From: a virus
DNA: 36,918 bases
Virus record (IMG/VR): IMGVR_UViG_3300045988_098643
Coordinates: 1 to 36,918 of that record
Direction: 5' to 3' (one strand)
How positions within the stretch are numbered: the stretch's first letter is position 1; every line of letters starts with the position of its first letter. Position numbers and translations under genes: made by a program. Below are positions 18,553 through 27,038 of this stretch, one piece after another. The notes under the pieces were generated by a model that made no database searches, had not been told where the DNA came from, and saw only the letters and a program-made list of their open reading frames with translations.

Positions 18553-19776
18553 TTAAATTCCTTCCTCGAATAAGTTTACACTCACACTATCTACTTCGTG
18601 ACTGTATAACGCATATCTCAACGCGTCTAACACGTCATCATATAGCTTTATAGTGTCTCCTGTGTCCTTATTCCAAATATAGCTATATATTTCCTCTCTA
18701 AACCTCTTAGCACTACTGCAAATATACAAGTTGTCAGTCTTGAATTGTTTTGCTACAAATTCAATTCCTGCCATTCTCTCTTTGCTAGCATTTCTTGCAT
18801 CTATTCCGCAGTCTATAAATCGTTGTACATACTCAGGTCTTGCAGTATCGCAGAAATAAGGAATATCTCCGTATCTTTCGTTGATATCTATTGCGATATT
18901 TTCCCAATAATCTATTTCTTTCAAGGTCTCAGCATGTTCTTCTAACATGTAATACTTACCATCATACCCTTTGCCTATTACTACAATCGCACCATAGTGC
19001 TTATATCCCCAGTCAACACCACAAAAGGTACATTGATATGCCTTTTGTGTTTTCGGCTCGAAATAGTGCTTATTTTTGTCGAAATCAGCATACACAACTC
19101 CCTCTCCACTGACCCAGTCTCCATCGATGTCTCTTTCGTAAAACATTCCAGACGGAGTGGACGCTTTTATGTTTTTGATATATCTATCAGATAAAAAAGT
19201 GTTGTCATCTAAGCGGAATTTGTGTTCAAGGATATTGTCGTCTGGATTGAGTATATAATCTTTCAGCAGCCAATGTTCTGGATTATCTGGATTGGTGTCT
19301 ACCAATACCCTTGCTCCTTCTCCTGAGCATCTTGATATGATTTCCGCAAATACTTCCTTACGTGCTAACGATGCTTCGTTTATGTATGCACCGAAAGCGG
19401 TCATACCACGAATACCGCCAAGCCCAGCAATAGTTCCTGTAAAAGCTTGTACAATTTTAACTCCAAATAGTTTGAATGAACCGTGTCTGTCGAATTTAAA
19501 ATCAATGCCGTATTTGTTTGTCAGCTCACTCAATACGTTATTTTGTATCGTCTTAGAACTAACTCCCGCCAAAATATACATAGGTTCATCAATTCCGCTT
19601 TTAGCAGCAATCTTTTTAACTCTTATTAGTTCTCGAAGAAATAAATCATTATTGATTTGAGTTTTTCCACTTCTCTTAGCTCCATGGAGTATTGATATGA
19701 ACCAGTCTTTTTTTAATACATCTTTGTACACTTCCTGCTGCTTTTTTGTGTAAATCAAATCGATATTACTACCCAT
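18553..19776 (-). CDS. terL: Terminase large subunit
   Basis: Walker A HGAKRSGKT, an ATPase domain followed by a nuclease domain, and position upstream of the portal gene. Confidence 0.9.
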   Translation of the reverse strand: MGSNIDLIYTKKQQEVYKDVLKKDWFISILHGAKRSGKTQINNDLFLRELIRVKKIAAKSGIDEPMYILAGVSSKTIQNNVLSELTNKYGIDFKFDRHGSFKLFGVKIVQAFTGTIAGLGGIRGMTAFGAYINEASLARKEVFAEIISRCSGEGARVLVDTNPDNPEHWLLKDYILNPDDNILEHKFRLDDNTFLSDRYIKNIKASTPSGMFYERDIDGDWVSGEGVVYADFDKNKHYFEPKTQKAYQCTFCGVDWGYKHYGAIVVIGKGYDGKYYMLEEHAETLKEIDYWENIAIDINERYGDIPYFCDTARPEYVQRFIDCGIDARNASKERMAGIEFVAKQFKTDNLYICSSAKRFREEIYSYIWNKDTGDTIKLYDDVLDALRYALYSHEVDSVSVNLFEEGI

Positions 19777-20236
19777 CGTTAACCATCTCTTTATCTAACA
19801 ATTCAAAATATTTCTGCATTTCTTTATTTTCGAAGTTAGTTTCTTCTACCGCTTTTCTATCTTTCCATTTGTCAGACTGTCTGTTCTTTAACCAAAATAT
19901 CAACGCTGTAACATTTGGTGGTATCCACTTTTTATTTTTCTTAATTCTTTTGGTTTGAATTCCGTTTGTGTCTGTAATAAAAGTTTCTACTTCTTCAACA
20001 AAATACCCTACTCCTGCTTTATGCAGTGCTTGTTCTGCCTCACAATCAAACACAACCTTACCTCTTTTTAAGGCGTCACTAATGAGGTCGTACTTGTTTT
20101 TCCATTCATACAGCGTTTTTCTGTTAATCCCTATGTTTTCGGCTATTTGTTCATCAGTAAGCCCATCCATTGCCCACGATTTTAATAATATTAAGTTTTC
20201 TTCTTTAAGCCATTCCTGATACTTACCTCTAGCCAC
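19769..20236 (-). CDS. terS: Terminase small subunit (HTH type)
   Basis: N-terminal HTH (LTDEQIAENIGINRKTLYEWKNKY). Overlaps the terL start. Confidence 0.8.
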   Translation of the reverse strand: MARGKYQEWLKEENLILLKSWAMDGLTDEQIAENIGINRKTLYEWKNKYDLISDALKRGKVVFDCEAEQALHKAGVGYFVEEVETFITDTNGIQTKRIKKNKKWIPPNVTALIFWLKNRQSDKWKDRKAVEETNFENKEMQKYFELLDKEMVNDG

Positions 20237-20283
20237 TACATTTCTCCCACATACACATTTTTGTTTGTGCTAGTTTTATATTT

Positions 20284-21306
20284 TTATTCTTTTTTTCCTA
20301 GCACTTTTAAAACTGTATCTTTTTTGTTTTTATAGTAATTAATCATTTCACCTGCGAAACTCTCTTTTGCTAGTCTGTGTCCTCCGCTGGTGGTTTGGTC
20401 TAACCCTTTAAAAGGATATGCCGTTCCTATTTGTTTCATTTTTTCTGTTGGTTTAGGTCTTTCTCCATTTAAGATATGGTTCAAGTTAAACTTATTAGGC
20501 TTGAATCCCTCCATATCTCCACACCCACAACAACACAAACTATCCCCCAAATTTCTAGTTCTATTCTCTCCTGAGTAAAACTTCAACCCATACTTATGAG
20601 CTTCTTGCTTTATTTCTAGTAAATCGTGCTTTATAACTTGAAGTGGATATACATAGTCCCCACCAATTTTAATTAAGCCCTCTTTCTTTTTATTGAATTT
20701 CATTCCCTCTAAAATTATTCCATATACTCCCGCGTCTTTGATTTTAGGTATATTACCCAAGACTTCATCTTTAACTTCAGTAATATGCGGCTGTATCCTA
20801 AAAATAACTCTTTTAACGTGCGGTGATATCTTTTTAGCTATGTTTAGTCGTTCCTCGTACGTTGGACACCCTTGCTCTATTTTGTCATAGCTACTACACA
20901 CCGCGGATATTTGAACTACACAATTGCACTTCGATAATATCTCTATGTATTTGTCATCTTTCAACAAAATACCCTTCGTAGAAATAATAAAAGGGTATTG
21001 AGTTTTTGCTAAATACTTCAAACACTCATACGTAATCCCATACTTTTTTTCAATTGGTTGCAGCGGATCGCTCATCCCTCCAATGTGTAAAGGTATATTC
21101 CAATCACACCACTGTGTATTCTGATTCCTTTTACCCTCAACAAAATTTTTCAAAGCTATTAGTCCTTCATTTGGCTTTATATTTTTAAACATATCTTTAT
21201 TTTTGCTAGTTGCAAAACAATACTCACATCTATGACTACACCCACGATACGTGTCAAACCTAATCGGCACGTCGCATAAATACACTTGGCTTCCACAATC
21301 AGGCAT
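20284..21306 (-). CDS. Radical SAM protein (SplB/COG1533-like by eye)
   Basis: CxxxCxxC motif (YRGCSHRCEYCFA) near the N-terminus and a Cys-rich C-terminal patch (LCCCGCG). The likely start MPDCG (ATG 21306 after GAGGAGG) overlaps the upstream stop as ATGCCTGA. Confidence 0.8.
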   Translation of the reverse strand: MPDCGSQVYLCDVPIRFDTYRGCSHRCEYCFATSKNKDMFKNIKPNEGLIALKNFVEGKRNQNTQWCDWNIPLHIGGMSDPLQPIEKKYGITYECLKYLAKTQYPFIISTKGILLKDDKYIEILSKCNCVVQISAVCSSYDKIEQGCPTYEERLNIAKKISPHVKRVIFRIQPHITEVKDEVLGNIPKIKDAGVYGIILEGMKFNKKKEGLIKIGGDYVYPLQVIKHDLLEIKQEAHKYGLKFYSGENRTRNLGDSLCCCGCGDMEGFKPNKFNLNHILNGERPKPTEKMKQIGTAYPFKGLDQTTSGGHRLAKESFAGEMINYYKNKKDTVLKVLGKKE

Positions 21307-21859
21307 TATTAATCGCCTCCTCAATTATTCTTTCTACGATTACATCTTTAGTAACCTTGTCAATATACTTCAAAATTATATCTTCATCTTGCTTGGGAAA
21401 TTCGAAACTCACATTAAAACTATCTGCTTCCCCTTTCGTGCTTGATAAATAATCCATTTCGTCTATATAATCCTCAAACTTCATATCTTCAAAACCTAAG
21501 CTTGACATATCTATATTCGAAATCTCACTCAATTCACTCTCAAGTAGCTCATAATTCCAAGAAGCTAACTCTGATACTTTATTGTCTGCTAATCTAAAAG
21601 CTTTTATTTGTGCTTCACTCAAATCATCTGCAACAATACACGGAACTTCCTCTATCCCTAATTTCTTTGCAGCTTTTAACCTCGTGTGTCCGTTTACGAT
21701 TTCATTTTCAGAATCTATTACTATAGGCACTTTAAATCCGAAATTTTTTATTGAACTTGCAACTGCATCAACAGCGTTTTCGTTGTCTCTTGGATTATTG
21801 ATGTATGGAATAAGTTCCTCAACGTTTTTATAGACTATGTTTTCAATTTTCTTTTTCAA
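21299..21859 (-). CDS. ParB N-terminal/nuclease-like domain protein
   Basis: Motif LIPYINNPRDNENAVDAVASSIKNFGFKVPIVID...IVNGHTRLKAAKKLG. The probable start is TTG at 21859 after AGGAGAAAAGAA. The longer track ORF reads through a terminator. Confidence 0.75.
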   Translation of the reverse strand: MKKKIENIVYKNVEELIPYINNPRDNENAVDAVASSIKNFGFKVPIVIDSENEIVNGHTRLKAAKKLGIEEVPCIVADDLSEAQIKAFRLADNKVSELASWNYELLESELSEISNIDMSSLGFEDMKFEDYIDEMDYLSSTKGEADSFNVSFEFPKQDEDIILKYIDKVTKDVIVERIIEEAINNA

Positions 21860-21892
21860 TTCTTTTCTCCTTTCTCCTCTTTTTACGCAAAA

Positions 21893-21920
21893 CAAAAAGC
21901 CGATATTTTTAAATATCGAC
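21893..21920 (-). terminator. Intrinsic terminator between the late regulator and the late operon
   Basis: Minus strand GTCGATAT-TTAAAA-ATATCGGC followed by TTTTTGTTTT. Confidence 0.55.
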
Positions 21921-22045
21921 TTTAAGTTAAAATATAAAAATAATAGAAGGTGAATATATAGCAATCCTTATCTATTCCCAATATCATAATATCATAATAA
22001 GTATATGTTTTTGTCTCAATATTTTCGCAATCCCTTGTTTTTTTA

Positions 22046-22477
22046 TCAATCTTCTGCGTATAACAAAAGTCCAAATTCTTCTAACGCCCTGTTTGATATT
22101 TTGTATAAATTACCTCGACTATAACTGTAATGTCTACATAGCTTATCAATATTGCACCTTTCTCCATACATTTTAAGTAGCAACTCTTTTTCGAATTCTT
22201 TCATTCCCTCAAAACATTTCTCTACCGCTTTACAACTTTGCAACATTATTTTTTTATTCTTTTCAAGCATATCTAAATCACTTATGATATCAAGTAATGA
22301 ATCTTCATACCTACTACCGCCGCCAAAATTTGGAGCAACACTCATATCAATCCCTTTTACCCTTAGTTTTTTATCTTGCAGCTCCCTCATTTTTTCATCA
22401 ACTGCAAGTAGTCTCTCTTTTGTCAAATAATATTTCCTAATTTCCCTGGATAGTTTATTCCTCGTGTAACTATTCAA
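22046..22477 (-). CDS. Late gene transcriptional activator (ArpU/RinA/DUF1492-like, sigma-70 region-4-like)
   Basis: 143 aa with a C-terminal HTH-like segment (CRHYSYSRGNLYKISNRALEEF). Sits just upstream of the packaging genes. Confidence 0.6.
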   Translation of the reverse strand: MNSYTRNKLSREIRKYYLTKERLLAVDEKMRELQDKKLRVKGIDMSVAPNFGGGSRYEDSLLDIISDLDMLEKNKKIMLQSCKAVEKCFEGMKEFEKELLLKMYGERCNIDKLCRHYSYSRGNLYKISNRALEEFGLLLYAED

Positions 22478-22488
22478 TCCGCATCACC

Positions 22489-22830
22489 TCAAAATTTAAC
22501 GTAGTTATCTACATTTAATCCAGTTTCTTCTTTAATCGCTGCAATCATATCATCGAAACTAACATATTGATTTTCTAAACAATCTATTTGTTCAGCAAAC
22601 TCAAATAAGAATTTTTCTAGTCTTTTCTTTCCAAATCCCCACTTATCGCGTAAAACAATAAGCGGCACATAAGCTATAACCCTCAACGCTTTATCCGTCA
22701 CATCGTCTTTTATTTCTTCTCTAAATTTGTCAATTCCTTTATTTATTTCTGCGTGGAGCTGCTCTTGTGTAAATCGATATGTTGGAACTTTTGTCTTTAT
22801 TCCTGCTTTTCTGCGTTCTTTACGATTCAT
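22489..22830 (-). CDS. Hypothetical phage protein
   Basis: 113-aa ORF, tightly packed with its neighbours. Confidence 0.6.
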   Translation of the reverse strand: MNRKERRKAGIKTKVPTYRFTQEQLHAEINKGIDKFREEIKDDVTDKALRVIAYVPLIVLRDKWGFGKKRLEKFLFEFAEQIDCLENQYVSFDDMIAAIKEETGLNVDNYVKF

Positions 22831-23336
22831 TATAAATCAGCCTCTTTTACAAAAACGCCGTTTATCATCTTACCTTTCCTACTGCTAATCTCATCATAAG
22901 CTAATTGAACACATTCTCTTAAATCTGTTTTATATTCAAAAGCGATTGATTCTAATAATCTTACCAATTTTAAAACACAAGAATCTTTATAAGGTTCATA
23001 GCAAACACTAAGATTGAGAATTTGCCCTGATATCTTTTCAATCATATTTTCTTTTGTTCTGTATCTTCCAAAATCTTGAACATAATTTTGACAAATAACG
23101 TTATTATTTAACATACAACCAATAACTAATGTAACATAAACATCGCCGACGCTATCTTTAATCAAATCAATATCATTTTTGCAGATGCCTTTTATAAGCT
23201 CACTCATTTCTTCAATTGTCTTCATTGCTTGTCCTTGAATAGTTCCTTTTTTGTCTATTTCGCGTTCTTTAGCCCATTCAATAATTTTTGTATTTAATTC
23301 ATCAATTCCCATTTCTTTCTCCTTTTCTTCAATCAT
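22830..23336 (-). CDS. MazG-like nucleotide pyrophosphohydrolase
   Basis: Pattern QAMKTIEEMSELIKGI...DSVGDVYVTLV is typical of small phage MazG-like proteins. Confidence 0.6.
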   Translation of the reverse strand: MIEEKEKEMGIDELNTKIIEWAKEREIDKKGTIQGQAMKTIEEMSELIKGICKNDIDLIKDSVGDVYVTLVIGCMLNNNVICQNYVQDFGRYRTKENMIEKISGQILNLSVCYEPYKDSCVLKLVRLLESIAFEYKTDLRECVQLAYDEISSRKGKMINGVFVKEADL

Positions 23337-23371
23337 TCCAACTTTTTTTGCAAGTTCATTTAAACTTGTTT

Positions 23372-23767
23372 TTAACCTTTCAAAATAGTATTTTTCATCA
23401 AATCTTTATTTTCGTAAATATTACCTGCAACAGAATAGTTTTCACATTCCATTATACTTTGACAAATCCCCTCGTTTTTCCAATCTAGGTAATACGTATA
23501 ATCAGTTTCATCAAATTCTATAGTCGCATAATCCCAACTATCATTTTCGAAACTACCCTCATCTGTTAATATATCTCCTTCGTAAATTTCTTCGCCATTT
23601 TCATCAAATAATCCTGTCGATTGCATTAGTTCGTATTGTCCCTCTTGTAGCTCTCTCCAATCACTAAAAGCGTCTAGAACTTCAACCTTCATATAATCAT
23701 CTGTTGTTGTAACTCTGACTCTATCGTCCATATAGTTTATGCTTTTATCCCAAACTCTAAATTTCAT
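23372..23767 (-). CDS. YopX family protein
   Basis: MKFRVWDK...LMQSTGLFDENGEEIYEGDIL...VAGNIYENKDL matches the YopX pattern. Confidence 0.85.
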   Translation of the reverse strand: MKFRVWDKSINYMDDRVRVTTTDDYMKVEVLDAFSDWRELQEGQYELMQSTGLFDENGEEIYEGDILTDEGSFENDSWDYATIEFDETDYTYYLDWKNEGICQSIMECENYSVAGNIYENKDLMKNTILKG

Positions 23768-24099
23768 CTAATCTCCCTAAAATCATATTGATTATCGTAT
23801 TTTTTTAAAAACATCTTCTTTTTCAACTTATAGACATCTGTCAAAACACCTTTAACATCTTCTACAATAGCCTTGCCATCGTTATCGATGTATAAAAAGT
23901 CTGCAACATACTCAATCTTTTTATGTTTTACTCCGTTTTTATCAAAGAATTCATCTTGTAGCAAGAATCTAGGTTGAAGTACTAGATTCTTAATTTCTCC
24001 TGCTCTTAAAAACAATTTTAATTCACAATATCTCTGAGCTTCTCTTTTGCTGTCAAAGGTGTGTCCATCAATCTTGATTTTTTTTGCATTATACTTGCT
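23764..24099 (-). CDS. DUF1064 family protein (5' boundary unresolved)
   Basis: The first canonical start (TTG) is at 24015. The conserved N-terminus SKYNAKKIKIDGHTFDSKREAQRYCELKL is encoded in frame upstream with no ATG, GTG or TTG. Confidence 0.6.
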   Translation of the reverse strand, partial: SKYNAKKIKIDGHTFDSKREAQRYCELKLFLRAGEIKNLVLQPRFLLQDEFFDKNGVKHKKIEYVADFLYIDNDGKAIVEDVKGVLTDVYKLKKKMFLKKYDNQYDFREIR

Positions 24100-24997
24100 A
24101 TATCTTCTCGTTATTCTTATTCTCCCTCATCTTTTTAAACTCCTCTTGCATCCTTTGCATAGCAATAGCATTTGTATTTACCTTTGATTTCTCAGTTACG
24201 TCATCGTCTTGTTTCGGTCTGTAATAAGTCTCTTTCTTTTTGAAATTATTTCTAGGCTTATCCTCACCAGTTTTTTTCTTGTTTAACACACCACGAATAT
24301 ATGCTAATGTTCTAACTCCATTTTGTTCAGCTATTTCAATAGCTTCCTTGACCCACTCATAACTATACTCATTCATATAATCACGTAACATATTCGCACT
24401 ATAAGGTGTTATCAAACCAAAACCACAATCTTCATATAGTTTTATTAGCTCAGCCAACTTTGGATTATCTAAATCCATTTCTTCTGGAGGGGGAACAACA
24501 CCTGTAGTGTTATTACTCATTATTAATTCATTATTACTCATTATTGTTTGTTTCTTTTTGATTTCTTTTTGATTTCTTTCTGTTTTATTTTTGATTTCTT
24601 TTTGATTTCTTTCTGTTTTATTTTTGATTTCTTTCTGTGTTACTTCTGTGTTACTTTTTGTGTTTTCGTTATCTTGGTAAACATCGTAATTTACAATGCT
24701 ATAAGTGGTTTTTTTGTTGTCACTTTTATAGCTAATCATGTTTTCATCACTTAACAAATTTAAAAACTTTTTTACTTTCGTAATGCTCCAACCCCAGCGT
24801 TCGGATAATTTTCTGAGGGACGTTATTTTTTCGCCCCTCTTTATTTCAACCAAGCTTCCATTAAAAATGATTTTATTGTCCTCGTGATTGGCTAATAAAA
24901 GCAAATCAATCCATGCTTGACCTCTTGAAAAAGGCTTATCCTCCCACATTTTGTTGTCTTGTATCTTCCTATGAATACTAATCCAACCATAAGCCAT
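24098..24997 (-). CDS. Replisome organizer / DnaD-domain replication initiator
   Basis: N-terminus WISIHRKIQDNKMWEDKPFSRGQAWIDLLLLAN. C-terminal DnaD-like segment (EWVKEAIEIAEQNGVRTLAYIRGVL). Internal 11-aa tandem repeat. Confidence 0.8.
   Translation of the reverse strand: MAYGWISIHRKIQDNKMWEDKPFSRGQAWIDLLLLANHEDNKIIFNGSLVEIKRGEKITSLRKLSERWGWSITKVKKFLNLLSDENMISYKSDNKKTTYSIVNYDVYQDNENTKSNTEVTQKEIKNKTERNQKEIKNKTERNQKEIKKKQTIMSNNELIMSNNTTGVVPPPEEMDLDNPKLAELIKLYEDCGFGLITPYSANMLRDYMNEYSYEWVKEAIEIAEQNGVRTLAYIRGVLNKKKTGEDKPRNNFKKKETYYRPKQDDDVTEKSKVNTNAIAMQRMQEEFKKMRENKNNEKI
24558..24656. repeat. Iteron-like 11-bp repeats (probable ori) inside the replisome organizer gene
   Basis: TTGATTTCTTT occurs at 24558, 24569, 24591, 24602 and 24624, in 33-bp units. 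CTGTGTTACTT x2 follows at 24635..24656. Confidence 0.65.
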
Positions 24998-25008
24998 TTA
25001 ATCACTCC

Positions 25009-25434
25009 CTAAAACGGTAAATCACTATCAAATGATTCTTGTCCGCTCATACCCAAATCGGCTGGATTGCTATATCCTTGATTAGTATTATTATCTTTAT
25101 TTGACTCAACAAAATCAAAACTATCAACCACCACATCAGTTGTATAAATTCTTTGCCCATCTTTTTCGTACGATCCCGTTTGAATGTGACCTGTAATCGC
25201 AATTCTATTTCCTTTGTGGAAATAATTACCTATATTCTCCGCCGTTTTCCCCCATGCCATACAACTAATAAAATCAGCCGTAGGATATCCGTTGTTTTCT
25301 GCCTCTTGTCTTTTTTCTTTACTTAGCTTTCTATTTACCGCTACTACAAACCTCGCATTCGCCATTTCTATATTTGATGCATATCTCAATTCAGCATCTC
25401 TTGTCAATCTTCCCATTAAACTCACATTATTCAT
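25009..25434 (-). CDS. ssb: Single-stranded DNA-binding protein
   Basis: OB-fold N-terminus (MNNVSLMGRLTRDAELRY) and an acidic C-terminal tail ending DSDLPF. Confidence 0.9.
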   Translation of the reverse strand: MNNVSLMGRLTRDAELRYASNIEMANARFVVAVNRKLSKEKRQEAENNGYPTADFISCMAWGKTAENIGNYFHKGNRIAITGHIQTGSYEKDGQRIYTTDVVVDSFDFVESNKDNNTNQGYSNPADLGMSGQESFDSDLPF

Positions 25435-26172
25435 TTACTCCTCCTTGCATACCTCTACTGGTACTCCTAATTTCTTCTCTATACTATCTCTTATCAATTC
25501 CTCGTCGCTATTGCCATCACTAAGGTGTAATACATATACTCTCTTTAATCTCGTCATTTTAACGTCTTCTAGTGCCTCTAAAATAGTTTCCAAACTCATA
25601 TGATTTTTAACTATACGATTTCTCAGACTAACATTGATTTTTCCACACTCTACACGCTCATCTAAAGCTGACTTCACATAATTACATTCAATCATCAGGA
25701 CATCGCAGGCAGGTATTTTATATTTCATATATGCAGTATCCGTCACAAAGACAACGGATTCTTCTTTATCATATCTGCCATAAGTCCCGATATAATAACT
25801 GACGGGCTCTGATACGTCGTGGACGGCTTCGAAAGGTAAAACCATTATCCCATCGATTACTTCTGAATAATATCGTGCATTTTCAAACGGTCTAAAAGTT
25901 TTTAACCTATGACCACTAACTCCCAATGCTTCTGCCGTTCCTTTTGTCATATAACAGTCAACTCCTGCTTTCATCAAATCCTTAACTGCCTTGGCGTGAT
26001 CCATATGCTCATGCGTTACTAAGCAAAAATCTACATCAGACACTTTATAATTCAACGCTTTTTGTATCTTCTTAAAAGGTAGTCCGCATTCAAGTAATAT
26101 CTTCGTATTGTTTATATTGACCAGGTAGCAATTTCCGCTGCTACCTGAGCCAATCGTCTTAACATCTATCAT
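25435..26172 (-). CDS. Metallo-beta-lactamase-fold hydrolase/nuclease
   Basis: HxHxDH motif (THEHMDHAKA). Confidence 0.8.
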   Translation of the reverse strand: MIDVKTIGSGSSGNCYLVNINNTKILLECGLPFKKIQKALNYKVSDVDFCLVTHEHMDHAKAVKDLMKAGVDCYMTKGTAEALGVSGHRLKTFRPFENARYYSEVIDGIMVLPFEAVHDVSEPVSYYIGTYGRYDKEESVVFVTDTAYMKYKIPACDVLMIECNYVKSALDERVECGKINVSLRNRIVKNHMSLETILEALEDVKMTRLKRVYVLHLSDGNSDEELIRDSIEKKLGVPVEVCKEE

Positions 26173-26181
26173 TTCACGCTC

Positions 26182-27036
26182 CTAAAATGGTGCTTGATTA
26201 TTGTTTGTTTCTTCAATTTCAGCTTCGATTATTTCTCCTGTTTCTACGTCTACATTTTCAGGAATTTCTTCTATTTCAACTACTTCCTTGTTTGCAAATT
26301 CTTTCTTGTCTTCTTCTAGTTCTCTGTCTGTATCCTCTATTGTTTTGTTCATAAAGTCTGCAATCTTGTCACTATCATCACTAGTAGATACATAATATTT
26401 ACAAGCACGATTAATAACTGTTTTTATCGCCATTTGGTCAGGGAAGTTCTTATGTGCTCCGCTATTTCCTTTCATACTTCCTTGATTCCAGGCGTTATGA
26501 ATTTGATTAATATCCATGTACTCAGTGTGTAATATTTCGTTATCTCCAAGTATCAAAGCAAAAGCTCCAATCAGATTTTTACTGTCTCGATTAAGACCTG
26601 GACAAAACTCCAATATTTTTTGTCTTCCAGTAAGAATGTCAAATCCCAACTCGAACTTATCGCCTTTATAGACGGCGTAACCTTTTACGTCTTTTACGCC
26701 GTTAATTCTTTTTGTAAGTGCTATCGTTCCAAGGTAGCTTCTGCTCATCGTCAATTTATTTCCATAGGCTATAAAGTAACATTGCTCCTTGCTTGGATTA
26801 AGTCCTTGTGTCGCCATGTCTAATAAACTATTTGCGATACTTTCTTGTGTACAGGCTTGTAATACTGGCTTTTTATCTCGCGTTTGTGTCTCCTGTAATA
26901 CCAAATATGCACTCTTTAATGCGTTACTAACGCTGTAGTTATTTGGAAGTTCTATGCTTCCTTTGTTTTGCATTTCCGCAATTCTATTTTGTACGCTGTC
27001 TACAATTGTTTTTTCTTGTTTTGCTAATTCGTTCAT
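26182..27036 (-). CDS. recT: RecT-family single-strand annealing recombinase
   Basis: 284 aa with a RecT-like core (ACTQESIANSLLDMATQGLNPSKEQCYFIAYGNKL) and an acidic C-terminus. Confidence 0.8.
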   Translation of the reverse strand: MNELAKQEKTIVDSVQNRIAEMQNKGSIELPNNYSVSNALKSAYLVLQETQTRDKKPVLQACTQESIANSLLDMATQGLNPSKEQCYFIAYGNKLTMSRSYLGTIALTKRINGVKDVKGYAVYKGDKFELGFDILTGRQKILEFCPGLNRDSKNLIGAFALILGDNEILHTEYMDINQIHNAWNQGSMKGNSGAHKNFPDQMAIKTVINRACKYYVSTSDDSDKIADFMNKTIEDTDRELEEDKKEFANKEVVEIEEIPENVDVETGEIIEAEIEETNNNQAPF

Positions 27037-27038
27037 TT

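Noticed and set aside
24548-24754. 68-aa plus-strand ORF, and CRISPR-like appearance of the 33-bp repeats
   Set aside because: It is antisense to the replisome organizer. The repeats are contiguous with no spacers and encode an in-frame peptide repeat, so they are better explained as iterons.
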